Origin: Eledone cirrhosa
Lineage: Eukaryota
DNA: 64,000 nucleotides
Assembly: GCA_964016885.1 (NCBI GenBank)
Contig: OZ024741.1
Location: 144,088,001 to 144,152,000, forward strand
Direction: 5' to 3'
In this document: piece by piece, positions 31,070 through 43,509 of the stretch
Position numbering within the stretch: position 1 is the first letter of the stretch
Layout of the letters: each line of letters starts with the position of its first letter
The notes under the pieces: generated by a model
Databases searched by the model: none
The model's input: only the letters and a program-made list of their open reading frames with translations
What the model was told of the DNA's origin: nothing
Position numbers and translations under genes: made by a program

Positions 31070-31945
31070 TATCCTACTGTTCAAAAAGTTCCAGGAACGT
31101 TAAGAGTCTATCGATAAGTCTCATTATCAAATTATCTTGGCCGACGATGAGCCCATGGAAGAATTTTACAAGCAAAAGAAGGAGATGGTTGAATATCTAC
31201 TGATTGTACTGCTTTCTGGAGATTATCCCTGAGAAGACTATGCTGAGTTCATAAAGCTCTCCCTTCTCTATCTTGGAGGTTGGCCATTGCCACAGTCCTC
31301 CTCGATCTTCAGGCTCGTTGGATGGCTAAGGCCATATATGTGATCAAGATAGTACTGTTCAAAGAACAACTTAAGTTGAGAGATCTACAAAAGTCGCTAA
31401 ATTTGTGACTTTGGTGTATATAAAATTCTGGAACGAAGTCATAGTTCCCAGATGGGTTTCAAAGAATGATCTCGATTTGATGAAGCTGTTACCCATGTAT
31501 CCTGACCAGTAGATTGGAACTGGGGCAGAGGTGATCCTTCGGCTTCACCTGTGATACTTGTCAGAAGAGTTGGCTTTCTTTGGCTTTCTTTGACGAAATA
31601 CTTGAACTGGAAGAGAACAAAATATGTTCCAAAATCTAATAAAAGAGGAAAAGAAGGGGATGAAGAATGTAAAAGGGAAAGGAATAGCTTTCTGCAACAA
31701 ATAACTGAGTGGTTTTGTTACGAAGAAAACAAATAACTTTTTCTATCTACTCAACATTGTCCCAAACAATTTGGATTTTTACACTAACGACGATATAAAA
31801 GCATCTGTTGGTGCTCAGTGAAATATTTGTCTCACAAAGAGATTTAATGATTTCACGAAGGATGAAAATCAGAAATAGTTCCTCCTAAAATTTGTTGCGG
31901 AGCAAAGGAAACAACTCCATCAGAGGACGAAGGGGGCTGTTTTCA
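31070..31945 (+). pseudogene. Decayed DNA-transposase relic (hAT-related, hATm-like)
   Basis: Fragments read EDYAEFIKLSLLYLGG, QARWMAKAIYVIKIVLF, KNDLDLMKLL, HL*YLSEELAFLAFFD and FTKDENQK*FLLKFVAEQRK. This motif order is recalled from invertebrate hAT-like transposases; the family name is unverified. Confidence 0.6.
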
Positions 31946-31989
31946 GTAATAAATTTAATTTATTAAATTAAGGACCACAGGCCAGGTAA

Positions 31990-33138
31990 AAATAAAACCT
32001 CATAAATAAATAAATGTGAAAGTGTACAAAAAAGAAAACTACAAAATGAACAAACCAAAACAACACAACAAAAAACAAAACAAAACAAACAACAGTACAC
32101 ATACATTAATACAAACAACAAAAACCTAATGGAGGTCATCTCCCAAGACCCCAAAGTAGAAACTGAGGGGAAAACTATTGTCGAGTCAGACTCTCAACCA
32201 CACCTAAAACTGATAAGGGTTTCGATAGAAACCTACCAGAAATTAAAAGAACGAATTTCGCAGGACGTTGGCAACCCCTGTCAAAAACCCATTAACCGCG
32301 TCCTATTAAAATGTTTCCCCACCCCACTCAACACCCCCACCAGCAACCAAATGGAGATTGAACAACCCGATCTCCAGGAAACGAAAGGTAAGTGCATCTC
32401 TTCGTCCTTTTTCGCCAACTCTTCTCCACCAACATGGCTAGTTTACGAGTTGGAAGTGTGAATGTGCGAGACCTAGGGATGCCCTGGAAACAGGGCCAAC
32501 TTTTAAACGACCTTAGGTCACACGGTATGGATGTGATAGCCATCACCGAGTCCAGGATCCACAACAAGCAGCAACTAACCCCCATCTTCAATGACTTTGA
32601 GATCTACGCATCTCTCTGTCAGCAGGAGGTGGAGGGGGAGTGGCTGTCATGTTTCGGAAAAACCTGGACCTTGAAATACAACAAGTACACTTGGACACGG
32701 ACGGTAGATTGAGAGGACTGAGGACAGATGCCTTTCTCTCCGGACAACAACTTATTCCCTTCTTTAGGTACCACTTTAGAAGGAGAATCAGAGTGGAGAG
32801 AGAGGCACTGCACCCCAGTAAATTTACTGAAAGGCGGGTGAATGTAGCAAAAATGGCCCGAGTGATTGGGCCTTCTCTATATATAAACCTGTCGGTTGAA
32901 GAAGAGAGCAAAAGGAAGAAAGGAGCACTTGCACAACACGCTCCTGGAGTTGAGGGTTGTTCTATCGACGGGGTATTAAACAACCCATTTGTAACGCCCC
33001 CCCCCCCCCCTATTGGGGATTTCGATTGTTAAATTTGTTTGTTTTAATAATATTTTTACACGACTGTATGTAAAATCCCCGGCATGCGTCTTTGTATTGT
33101 TCCCTTTTCTTGTGCGCCCTTGTGGCAAATAAAGAAAT
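31990..33138 (+). mobile_element. Internally deleted L1/Tx1-type element
   Basis: ORF1 tail, then ORF2 start ATG GCT AGT TTA CGA (MASLRVGSVNVR...AITESR), fused at about 32706 to the ORF2 C-terminus (RLRGLRTDAF...RIRVERE), 3' UTR and AATAAAGAAA. Confidence 0.8.
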
Positions 33139-33187
33139 ATATCTATCTATCTACCATTATCTCTCTCTTTCTCTGTATTATACATAC

Positions 33188-33251
<64 letters not shown>

Positions 33252-33253
33252 GT

Positions 33254-33348
<95 letters not shown>

Positions 33349-33397
33349 TGTGTGTGTGTGTGTGTGCGTGTGTGTGTATGTGTATGTGTGTTGTGTA
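33139..33397. repeat. Compound microsatellite (TACA)n(TA)n(TG)n
   Basis: Direct reading. Confidence 0.95.
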
Positions 33398-33532
33398 GAT
33401 AATGTGGAGAGACACTTGAAAATATATTCAAGCTATATATTGAAATAAATGTAATATATTCTTATTGAAATGAATCCATAATATATTCTTATTTTCAAGT
33501 GTCACTTCATGTTAGTTACACTAATATATCAA

Positions 33533-34997
33533 ATTTTATTTTTATTTTTTATTTATTTATTTTTTTTAAAAAGATTGATGAGTTAATATCTGTATACAAC
33601 AACTACAACAGTACGCGATGGGGCTCACCCACAGCTCCGGCGGACAGAATGGAGAAGGCGTTTCCCCGGAGGACGGCAAGGGAGACGCGCTGGAAAAGCC
33701 ACTCCAACTCGCGGGGCTTACACCTGCGGCTGGCCAGCTTAGCGCCTATGGTGGTGAGTAAAGAGGTTGCCCTGCGGCCGAGGACACCAGAAGTCTCCAC
33801 TACCAGGGGTACGACCGCAAACGTGTCGGAGAGCGACCGGTATTTGAGGAGTTTGGCCCCCTCAGAAAGTGTCGGTGCAAGTTGCCTCCCAGACGAGGGG
33901 TTTGCCACCGCGGAACGGGAAGATGGTCATGCCATCTGGCCTTTTGCCGTCCCCTCGATCCAGCCCTACTGGCTCGAGCTGGGAAGTGAAGCCTGCAGCG
34001 TCCAATCCATGCTTAATGACTTCGTTGAGGGCAGCATGGCGTGGAATGCGGCCGGCACTGTGGCGACAGGAAAGAGGGTGGAGGCCGAAAGAGTCCACGG
34101 TGGAACCGCAGCGACATTTGTGTGACTGGCAGATCCGGAGGCCGAGCCTCAGGGAAACGCCGATTTGCAGGCTATGGTTGTCTAGCTGCGTGCCAGTGTA
34201 GAAGGAGGGCAGGGCATGGAGCCAGGCATCACTGTGGGGTTTGGAGGCCGCACGAAAACAAGCAAGGCGGTGCTGGTCGAGCTGGCGCGTGAGCCTGTCT
34301 GAGGCCAGGCTGGATGCCATCCCAAGTGCGGTGGGGGGGACTTGACGTCAACAGGGAGAGAAGGAGGAGTCTACTGGGCTAAGTCCCAGCTGGTCCCACG
34401 TCTCACAGGCAGCCTCACGTTCTCTGAACACAGAGGTTCTGTTGTGTTTTGAAGAACCTTGCTGACGAGGACGCGGCACGAGGTTACCGACGAAAGATAT
34501 GCCGGCAAAGCTAGTGAGATCGGGGACCGGAGGTCAAGGCCGCCCTACCTGACAGGTAAAGTGGCCTGTTGCCACCCTATGTCGTCAAACTTGACGTTGC
34601 ATATCCCCTCGGCTGCTGCTCGGATACAAGTATCAAGGTCAACGAGGAGAGATGTCTGGGTGTAGCATGGAGCGCTGCGGGGTGTATAGAGGAGCTTCGG
34701 CATAGCGAAGCAGTTCCTCAGCAGAAAGAGAGCTGGGTGGCCGCCAATCAAGCCCAGTCGGCTCGTGAGAATCTGGAGCTGTTGAAGCTTGGACCTGATG
34801 GTGGAGCGGATAGCCGGCGGGTGTTTCGGTGACCCGAGGATGAGGACATCCTCTTTGGGGGTCACCTGAACCTGGCGGAGAATGGACCGCACGTCCAAGA
34901 CGGAGGTTGTAAAGCTCGCAGCATCGAGGCTGACGTTCACCACCTCCGACTTGGCCGAGTTGACCTGGAGGCCGATTCCCGCCAGGGCAGGAACCAT
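33533..34997 (-). mobile_element. 5'-truncated CRE-like non-LTR retrotransposon (RT end plus RLE) with A-rich tail
   Basis: GLQVNSAKSE, ATLPVR, AWLHALP, CRC...H..SC zinc finger, RHAALN, GKRPDG, KYRSL...PLVVETSG, QRVSLAVLRGNA. GC-rich, frameshifted; A-rich tail at 33533-33570. Confidence 0.8.
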
Positions 34998-35007
34998 TGC
35001 TTTAAAC

Positions 35008-35199
35008 GGTGGATTGGTAGTATCGGTAGAGGGTCTGACGCCATGCTTTGCAGCAAAGAGTTACGTCCCTTTATGGTGTGAGTTCAAATCCCGCCGAGGT
35101 TAGCTTTGCCTTTGATCCTTACGGGGTCGATAAAATAAAGTACCAGTAATACACTGGGATAATTGGTGGCCTTGTGCCAAATGTAGAAACAATTATATT
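35008..35199 (+). mobile_element. tRNA-derived SINE with 12-bp TSD
   Basis: A-box-like TGGTAGTATCGG and B-box GAGTTCAAATCC. TSD ATTGCTTTAAAC at 34996-35007 and 35200-35211. Close to the copy at 51135. Confidence 0.85.
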
Positions 35200-35445
35200 A
35201 TTGCTTTAAACCTGATTTCTTTCAATTTTATTGAACTTTATAGCAAACGGCTAAACATAAAAGATAAAAGATCTTGGTATCAGTGTATTTTGGGTTCTAA
35301 CATATCATATTTTTCATGTCTAATCAATTATTAATTAGGTATTGAGCACTGTCAGTAAAAAAATATTTCATGTAGACGAATTAAAATTTGCCATGTGTGT
35401 GTCTCTCTCACCCCACCCCTCTCTCTCTCTTTCATTCTCTCTCTC

Positions 35446-35540
<95 letters not shown>

Positions 35541-35793
35541 TCAGTAGTTAAGCAAATCAAGACCACAAACTCACACAGAAGACATTAGTCAAAGAGTATC
35601 AACATTAAGTGCAGTTTAATATAATATAATATATATACAATTTTATATATATATATATACAAGAGCTTTTGATTCCAGCGTCGGGCTAGATTGATACAGA
35701 TCGAACCTTGAGATGATAAATAGCGAAACGCGCGTCACTACTCAATAAACGTAATGAAACATAACAAATCGTCCTTTTTATTATTATTATTAT

Positions 35794-38700
35794 AACACCA
35801 GCATCAATAACAACAGCAACAACAAAAATAACAGCGGTAAGGTCGAGAACGACAATAACAAAAATAACAGCGGTAAGGTCGAGAACGACAATAACAATGA
35901 CAATAACAACAGCCACAACAACAATAGTAGGAACAGTATCAACAAAAACAACAATAATAACAACAGCCACAATAACAGTAACAACAACAACAACAACAAC
36001 AGTATCAACGAAAACAACAACAACAACAACAACTGTACCAACGAAAACATCAACAATGACACCGATAGCTGTAATAGCGATCTCAGCACCACCAGTAAGA
36101 CCAGTAGCGGCAGCAATAGTGGTGCTGCTGAAAAAGGGACCACTTCTTTTGCAGGTGTCGCCCGAAATATCGAGACAGTGTTAGTTACAGAGGAGGAGAT
36201 GGCAGTCGCAAGGGCCATGGTGACAAGAAGCGCAAATAGAGTCTCCCTGAAACCTCCACCCGATTTTTTCAAGGACCAGCAGCTACGGACGGTGACTTAT
36301 CACACCGTAAGCCAAATCTCACATCGGGTGGAGAGAGCCAAGGAGGCTCAAATCCAAAAGGCCTTGGGGTGCGTCTGGGCACGCAAAACCCACGTCACCC
36401 GAGGCAGAAAGTACGCCACAGTAGACGTACTTTTCACCACCCCCGAGGAAGCAAAGTCTCACTCTTTGGAAACCCTAAAGAGTGAGGAGATAGTCTTGGT
36501 GCCCTCCTACTGCGGGCAGAAAATTGTGAGGGTCAAAGTGACCCAGATCCCACCCGACGTGCCCATACCTTGGCTGGCCGCGTCTGTCCTAGCTGGAATC
36601 GAGAACAGGGCGACCATGCTGCAAGTAGAGAAAATAGGGAGAGAGAACTGGTCAGGTATAGGCATGCAAATGCTTATACAAACTGACCAGGAATGTATCG
36701 AGGCTATCCCCGATATCATAGACATCGAGGAAGGACTCCAACTCCCTATAAGTGTAGAAGGAAGACGACCAAAATGTTATCTCTGTGGGTCGAAGGGTCA
36801 CCTCAGGGCCTTTTGCCCGCAGAAGACAGCGAAGAAGAAGGCCCCTCTCCTTCCAATACCTGGTCCGCTGCTACCAAGAGCAGGGCAGGCAACAAACGCA
36901 GAAGCCCCTTCCACGGTGAGTAGGAGGGCAACGTTCGTGGCACCCGTACCAAGGCCACGGACAACTAAAGCAGCAACATCAGTAGCGGCAACACCAATAG
37001 CTACATTTGAAGTAGCTACACCAGCAACACAATTGCCGAAGAGGGATCCACTACCACCACCAACAGCCGTGGAGCACATGCCCCTCCCAGGCGCTACAGA
37101 ATCCGACATGGAGTTTGAGGCGGGAGTGAAGTGGCAAACGGTCTGCCACAAAAAAGAAAAAAGAAAAAAACCCTTAGATTCATCCTCCAAAAGCGAAGGC
37201 ATACAAAGAGGGGTAAAGGCAGCAAGGAAACTTGCAGCAACACCACCACCATCACTATCACAAGCACCACTGACAACAACAACTACACCACCACCAGCAT
37301 CACCAAAAACACCAACAACGCAAAGAAAACAAGACACACACACCAAACAGCAACAAGAAGAAAACAGCAACAAAATCACCCTCCCCCCAAAAAGTACACA
37401 GCCATAAACATGGCAAAAAAAGAACTCATACAATATATAAAGCAGCACGCAGACATCACAGAAAAAAACTACTACACCCCACCAACACCAAGAACTCTCC
37501 CGACAAACATAAGCATCATTGAAATCTCAATAGAACAGTACAAACCTTTAAAACAAAAATTCCCCAACGCAGTTGGAGACTTCAGAGGGTCGGTTACCAA
37601 GAGGATATACACTGACATCCTCTTGGAAACACCCATGACCAGCGAAAGGTACGGTTCTACTGTCCCTTCACCACACGATCAATGTAAGTGACCCTTTCTC
37701 ATTTGCCCCGTTTCTCATCCAACATGGCCGTACTCAGAATAGGCAGTATAAATGCACGTGGCCTGGGGTCATCTTGGAAGCAGCGTCACCTGCTCAACGA
37801 CCTCAGGTCACTAAACATAGATGTGGTGGCCATCGGCGAGACCAGAATCTCCGAAGCACAAGCCTTCGCACCGATCTTCGGCGGCTACGATGTATACGCA
37901 TCTCCCAGCCGTCCTGGATCGGGGGGAGGGTTTGCCGTCCTTTTTCGGAAAGGCTTGGATCTCGCCATACGGGCCATTTCCCTAGACCCAGAAGGTAAGT
38001 CGGTTGTGCTGGACGTGACCGGCAGCGAAGGCAATGCTTTCAGGCTAGTAGCCGTCTATGCCCCAACAGGGGCAGGACGGCCAGATTTCTTCAGACGTCT
38101 AGAGACCTTTCTTGGAAGGTCCTGCTCTTTAGTGTTAGTGGGCGACTGGAACGGTATCTTGGATGCACGCTGAGATTGTGTGGGGCTAGTGGATAGGGGA
38201 AGAGGGTGCAAGAGCCTCACCAACCTGCTCAGACGTTTTGAACTGTCTGACAGGTATCGACTGGATCACCCGAATGTGCCAATGTGGACATGGACAAACC
38301 GCATCGGGTCATCCAGATCGTATCTCGATAGGGTATTTTGCAGAGAACTAGATAAGGCTAGTATAAGTTGTCCACAATTTAAAATAGTCGACTACACAGA
38401 CCACAAATTTGTGATCTGTGAGATCGACATAGCCAGACTTCATAGACAAGGGCCTGGTTACTGGAAGCTGAACGCGTCTTTCCCGGATTAGCGTATTAGT
38501 TAAGCGGGCGTTGACGGGAGTGGTCGTCAACAACAGGTGGTGGTTCGCCCTGAAAAGGGCTATTAAAGTAGAGTCGATTAGGTTTAGCAAAGTAGTAGTG
38601 TTAGAGGAAAATAGAGTAGAGGGAGAGCTAGTCAGAAAGCTAGAAGAGGCGTTTAGGACAGGCATCGCAACCGACGTGCTTGCGGCGAGATTGGCACTCG

Positions 38701-40514
38701 ACCAATTCTTCAACGCAAAACACGAAGGCTCCGTTGTCAGAGCTAGAGCGCGTGCTCTGAAACACGCGGGGGAAAAAGCCGTCCAATGGGCCCGGGTGGC
38801 AGAGGCGCGACGTGGCAACAAAGCCACAATTCGGTCTTTGTCTGACCAAAACGGGTGCGCGATGCTCGACCCGAGCGGATGTGTGAAGCTTTTCAGCAGC
38901 ACTTTGCTGAACTGTTCGGGAGGAGCGGCGGCCCGGATCGGGGCATGGACTTCAGTGCATACCTCGACGGATTGCCTCGGCTCTCGACGACCGCAGCACA
39001 GTGTTGCGAAAAGCCAATAACAGCCGGTGAAATACGGGAAGCGATGGCTAACTGCACAAGGGGTAAATCGCCAGGTTTGGATGGTCTGCCCTACGAGCTT
39101 TATGCATTTATGCCAGACTTGTGCGGTGACCTCTTGGCAGACGTCTACTGCAACTGGCAGCAGAACGGGGGCATTCCCAGTTTTGTGAGCCGGGGAGCGG
39201 TGGCGCTGCTGAGAAAAGACCCGAACAAGGGCGATGTTATCGATAATTTCAGGCCCATAACCCTGCTAAACGCAGAGTTCAAGATTTTGGCCAAGGTGTT
39301 AGCAACGAGATTGGCGCTTGTCGTAGAGGGTCTGGTGGGAGAGGCGCAGACATGCGCCATTCTGGACAGATCCATACACGACAACCTCCACCTCATGCGA
39401 TACATCATAGAGAGGGTGGTTAAGGAACCTGGCACGGGTGGGCTCTGATCAACTTAGTTCAATCCAAAGCATTCGGTAGGGTCGACCATCGGTACCTGGC
39501 GGCGGTCCTCGAGGCAGCCGGTTTCGGGCCCGTTTTCGCAGCGATGTACAGCAACATCTGCTCAGTTGTGAGGGTGAACGGCACCTGTCGCAGCCGTTCA
39601 GCATCATGCGCTCAGTCCACCAGGGTTGTCCCCTCTCGTCGCTTTTGTACGTATTGGCTCTCGAGCCGTTATTGCATAAACTGGGGGCGATGAGGGGCGT
39701 CCCACGCGAACTAGGATGCGGGAAATCCGAGTCGGCTTACGCCGACGACGTCACCGTGGTGGTGTCGAGCACCAGACACGTCCAGATGCTCGGCACCGCT
39801 CTCAAGGAATACGAAGCGGTGACAGGAGCAAAGATAAACCAGGAAAAGTCGGTGTGCTTGCAGCTCGGCACCTGGAGAGGAAAGTCCATGGCGTCCGACA
39901 GCGTCGTGGGGCGTTGGACGGACGGACCGGTTAAATTGCTCGGGGTCTGTTTCGGACCGGACCTCCAGATGGAACGCCTCCCCTCTTCCGCTTTTTGTGG
40001 AAGGGACGCGCTCCCATGGTCAGACGATCCATCTGCTGTCAACACCCGTTGCGTGGAGGACTGGGCATGCCATGGCTGATGATGCGCAAACATGCGCTGA
40101 GGCTGAGACATCTCTGGTGCTTCCTTGACGGTGAACATGTGTGGTCGCCGTTCGCCAGGAACGTTTTCCCACAGCTCGTCTCCTTGACGGAGCTGCAGTC
40201 CTGGGTCAGAAAAAGACCTAGATATAGCACTTGGAAATTGGAATGCCTCCAGGCGCTCACTGCCCTCTTCCAGCTGGGCACCAGTATCGGTGGAACATCC
40301 ACCTCGGCATTCTATAAAGGACTAGTGGAGGGGAAGAGCGACGACGTTCTCGGAGACATCCTGGGCGTCGAAGAGATCAGCTGTTTGCTCTCTTCCGGAG
40401 AACTTTCAGCCCAAGGCCTATGGATAACTTCCAAAAATCCCTGGCCTGGCAGTGCTACCGGGGAGCGCTGCCGGTTCGAGATAAGCTCTACAGGCACAGA
40501 AGTGCCGTCAGCCG
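35794..40514 (+). mobile_element. L1/Tx1-type LINE, disrupted and 3'-truncated
   Basis: ORF1 36178..37407 has a CCHC knuckle (CYLCGSKGHLRAFC). ORF2 from 37723: APE (RIGSINARGL, ETR, VYAP, GDWN), KSPGLDGL, NFRPITLLN, QGCPLS, YADD. Multiple frameshifts. Confidence 0.9.
36178..37407 (+). CDS. Tx1-type ORF1p (gag-like, zinc knuckle, Pro/Thr-rich tail)
   Basis: 409-aa ORF homologous to the ORF1 pieces at 44752-46672. Probably frameshifts into 37408-37691. Confidence 0.7.
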   Translation: MLVTEEEMAVARAMVTRSANRVSLKPPPDFFKDQQLRTVTYHTVSQISHRVERAKEAQIQKALGCVWARKTHVTRGRKYATVDVLFTTPEEAKSHSLETLKSEEIVLVPSYCGQKIVRVKVTQIPPDVPIPWLAASVLAGIENRATMLQVEKIGRENWSGIGMQMLIQTDQECIEAIPDIIDIEEGLQLPISVEGRRPKCYLCGSKGHLRAFCPQKTAKKKAPLLPIPGPLLPRAGQATNAEAPSTVSRRATFVAPVPRPRTTKAATSVAATPIATFEVATPATQLPKRDPLPPPTAVEHMPLPGATESDMEFEAGVKWQTVCHKKEKRKKPLDSSSKSEGIQRGVKAARKLAATPPPSLSQAPLTTTTTPPPASPKTPTTQRKQDTHTKQQQEENSNKITLPPKSTQP

Positions 40515-40865
40515 AAGTGTTCCAAAAAGCGGGGCGGGACCAATTTTCTTTAACCATCCTTGGAAACTCATTGCGATAGTACCTAGTGCGCCTATGACAA
40601 TCGGGACCACTTTGACTTCATGGCAGTTCCAAATCCTTTTTACCTCCCACTTTAAGTCCTGGTATCGGTTAATTTTCTCCCTCTCCTTCTCTTGCACTCT
40701 CGTGTCGAATGGGCAGGCCACATCCACAATCAGGCACGATCTTTTTTCCTTGTCCAAAACCACCAGGTCAGGTCTATTGTGTTCCAGTTTCTTGTCCGTC
40801 TGTATCCTAAAATCCCACAGCGCCTTCACCTGATCGTTTTCTATCACCGACTCTGGCTTATGCTC
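40514..40865 (-). mobile_element. Internal fragment of an R4/Dong-like RLE element
   Basis: EHKPESVIENDQ...RPDLVVLDK...KINRYQDL. A slightly diverged copy of 42927-43275. Confidence 0.85.
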
Positions 40866-42745
40866 GACCATCGTTACCTAGCGGTAGTCCTGAGGGCGGC
40901 TGGCTTTGGGCCCGTCTTTAGAGGCTGGATCGCTGCCATGCACAGCGACATCTGCTCTGTAGTGAGAGTGAACGGTCACCTTTCGGAACCGTTCAACATC
41001 ATGCGCTCGGTCCGCCAAGGATGTCCCCTCTCGTCCCTATTGTACGTATTGACTCTCGAGCCATTACTGCACAAACTGGAGACGTTGAGGGGGGTCCCGC
41101 GCGAACTAGGATGCGGAAGATCCGTGTCAGCATATGCCGACGATGTCACCGTAGTGGTGTCGAACGCCAAACACATCGAGGCGATCGGCACTACACTAAG
41201 AGAATACGAAGCGGTGACAGGAGCAATGATCAACCAGGAAAAGTCAGTGGGCCTGCAGCTCGGCACCTGGAGAGGCAGGTCCATGCCGTCCAACAGCGTC
41301 GTCGGGCGCTGGACGGACGGACCGGTTAAATTGCTAGGGGTCTGGTTCGGTCCAGACCTCCAGACGGACAAAAACTGGGACGAGGTGACGAGCAGGGTGG
41401 CTTCTCTCACCCAGAAATGGGCCGAGAGGAAGCTATCCCTGAAAGGTCGAGCGGAGGTGGCTAACGCGTACATCGCGTCCGTCATCTACTACCGCCTGAC
41501 CGTCGTACCTTGTCCTAAGCCCCGCCTGACTGCGCTGGAGCGTTTGCTCTTTCGCTTCTTGTGGAAGGGACGCGCTCCGATGGTCAGGCGGTCCATCTGC
41601 TGTCAACACCCGCTACGTGGAGGGCTGGGCATGCCGTGGCTGATGATGCGCAGACACGCGCTCAGGCTACGACATCTCCACCTCTTCCTCGACGGTGATC
41701 AGGTGTGGTCGCCGTTTGCTAGACACGTTTTTCCCCAGCTCGTCTCCTTGACGGATCTGCAGTCCTGAGTCAAGCGAAGACCGAGAGGGAGCGCTTGGAG
41801 ACTGGAATGTCTTCAGGCGCTCACAGCCCTCGACCAATCGGGCAATGTGATCGGTGGAAACTCCACCTTGGCGTTCTATAGGGGATTAGTGGAGGGGAAG
41901 AGCGACGACGTACTTGGAGAAACTCTAGGCGTCGACGAAAATCAACTAGCCAATCTCTTCGGAAGGACTTTCGGGCCGGGGCCTATGGACAACTTCCAGA
42001 TATCCCTGGCCTGGCAGTGCTACCGGGGTGCTTTGCCAGTTCGGGATAAACTTTACAGGCATGGAGGTGCCGTCAGCCGGGCATGTCCGAGATGCGCACA
42101 GGGCGACGAAAAACCGTCCTGCATGCACTCGTCCAGTGTCCGAGCATTGCTGACTTGTGGGTTTATGTCGAACACCTGCTGTCACGTGTAGGACGGATCC
42201 AGCTATCAGCTGAGTCCATCGTGAGGATTGCCCCGCCCTCTTCCTTTAGCCGGGAAGGGCAGGCAGTTTTTATCTGTCTGGTGGCCATGGCGAAAGAGAT
42301 AGTATGGTGGACACGTTTGAAAGGGCTGAAGACGAGCACTTACCTCTTCGGTGATGCCCTGATTAACTTTTTCAAATTTCATCTGAAAAGGAAAATCAGG
42401 GTAGAGAGGGAAGTGCTCTCTTCCCAGCATTTTGTTGAAAGATGGGTGAGAGAAGCAAGTATGGCCCGAATGAATGGGCCTTCTCTGAGTATGTGTCTGT
42501 AAATTAAAGGTTGAAAACTGGGAGAGGGCACTTGCCCTGGTGGTCAGGGCCACTGTGGTCTTTTAATGGGCTTTCTCCACAAATGTCCCTCGGAAGTCTC
42601 CCCCCTATTGGGGAATTTTTCTTTGTTATTTTACTTCATCCTCTGTTTTTTTTACACGCAGAAATGCCCATTTGTACCGTCCTGTATTGTCCTGTACTGT
42701 CCTTAATGTCTACTTTATGTAAACCCTTGTGGTTAATAAAGAAAA

Positions 42746-42746
<1 letters not shown>
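40864..42746 (+). mobile_element. 5'-truncated L1/Tx1-type LINE (RT to 3' end)
   Basis: VRQGCPLS, AYADD, C-terminal CPRC...H...C zinc finger, 3' UTR ending AATAAAGAAAAC then (ATT)n. Very close to 48490-50372. Confidence 0.92.
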
Positions 42747-42797
<51 letters not shown>

Positions 42798-42798
<1 letters not shown>

Positions 42799-43465
42799 TT
42801 TGAGTCTCAGTCATTGATGTTAGTTAACTGGAAAGTTTGTTGAAATGAATATAAAGCCACTACCTGCAGCCTCAGATATTCAGGCGTATCGGAGAGTTCT
42901 TGCAGTTCCCAGCAAGCATGCCTTTTGAAGTGTTCCAAAAAGCGGGGCAGGGCCTTTTTTTAACCATCCCTGGAAACCTTTTGAGATAGTACCTAGTGCG
43001 CCTATGACAATCGGGACCACTTTGACTTCATGGTAGTTCCAAATCCTTTTTACCTCCCACTTTAAGTCCTGGTATCGGTTAATTTTCTCCATCTCCTTCT
43101 CTTGCACTCTCGTGTCGAATGGGCAGGCCACATCCACAATCAGGCACGATCTTTTTTCCTTGTCCAAAACCACCAGGTCAGGTCTATTGTGTTCCAGTTT
43201 CTTATCCGTCTGTATCCTAAAATCCCATAGCACCTTCACCTGATCGTTTTCTATCACCGACTCTGGTTTATGCTCATACCACTTCTCAGAATGTGGTAAA
43301 TTGTTTACTTTGAATAGGTGCCAGTGGATCACCCTGCCCATCACATCATGTCTCCAGCCTTTATAGTGAGTCTGGGCTAGGTGTTTACACTCGGATACAA
43401 TGTGAGCCACAGTCTCCTCTCTCTCTCCACAGATCCTGCACAGTGGGCTAGCCTCCTCCTTGTAA

Positions 43466-43466
<1 letters not shown>
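42798..43466 (-). mobile_element. 5'-truncated R4/Dong-like RLE retrotransposon between (TTA)n tracts
   Basis: CRICGEREETVAHIVSEC zinc finger, RHD, RPDLVV..D..K, PIVIGALG, LQKACLLGTARTLR. (TTA)n at 42747-42797 and 43467-43508. Confidence 0.85.

Positions 43467-43508
<42 letters not shown>

Positions 43509-43509
<1 letters not shown>

Noticed and set aside
35008-35100. tRNA gene
   Set aside because: A/B boxes belong to a SINE with TSDs; no cloverleaf.
35683-35749. Half hammerhead: GCTA...TAGC GAAA CGCGCG TC ACTAC then AATAAA
   Set aside because: The 3' half fits the pattern, but no CUGANGA core or stem I partner is found at the right position.
35790-37448. Hydrophobic minus-strand ORFs resembling membrane proteins
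   Set aside because: Antisense shadows of the AAC/ACC-rich Tx1 ORF1 region.
40692-41768. 358-aa ORF with an unusual N-terminus
   Set aside because: The first ~57 codons are the antisense of the R4 fragment; the rest is Tx1 RT.
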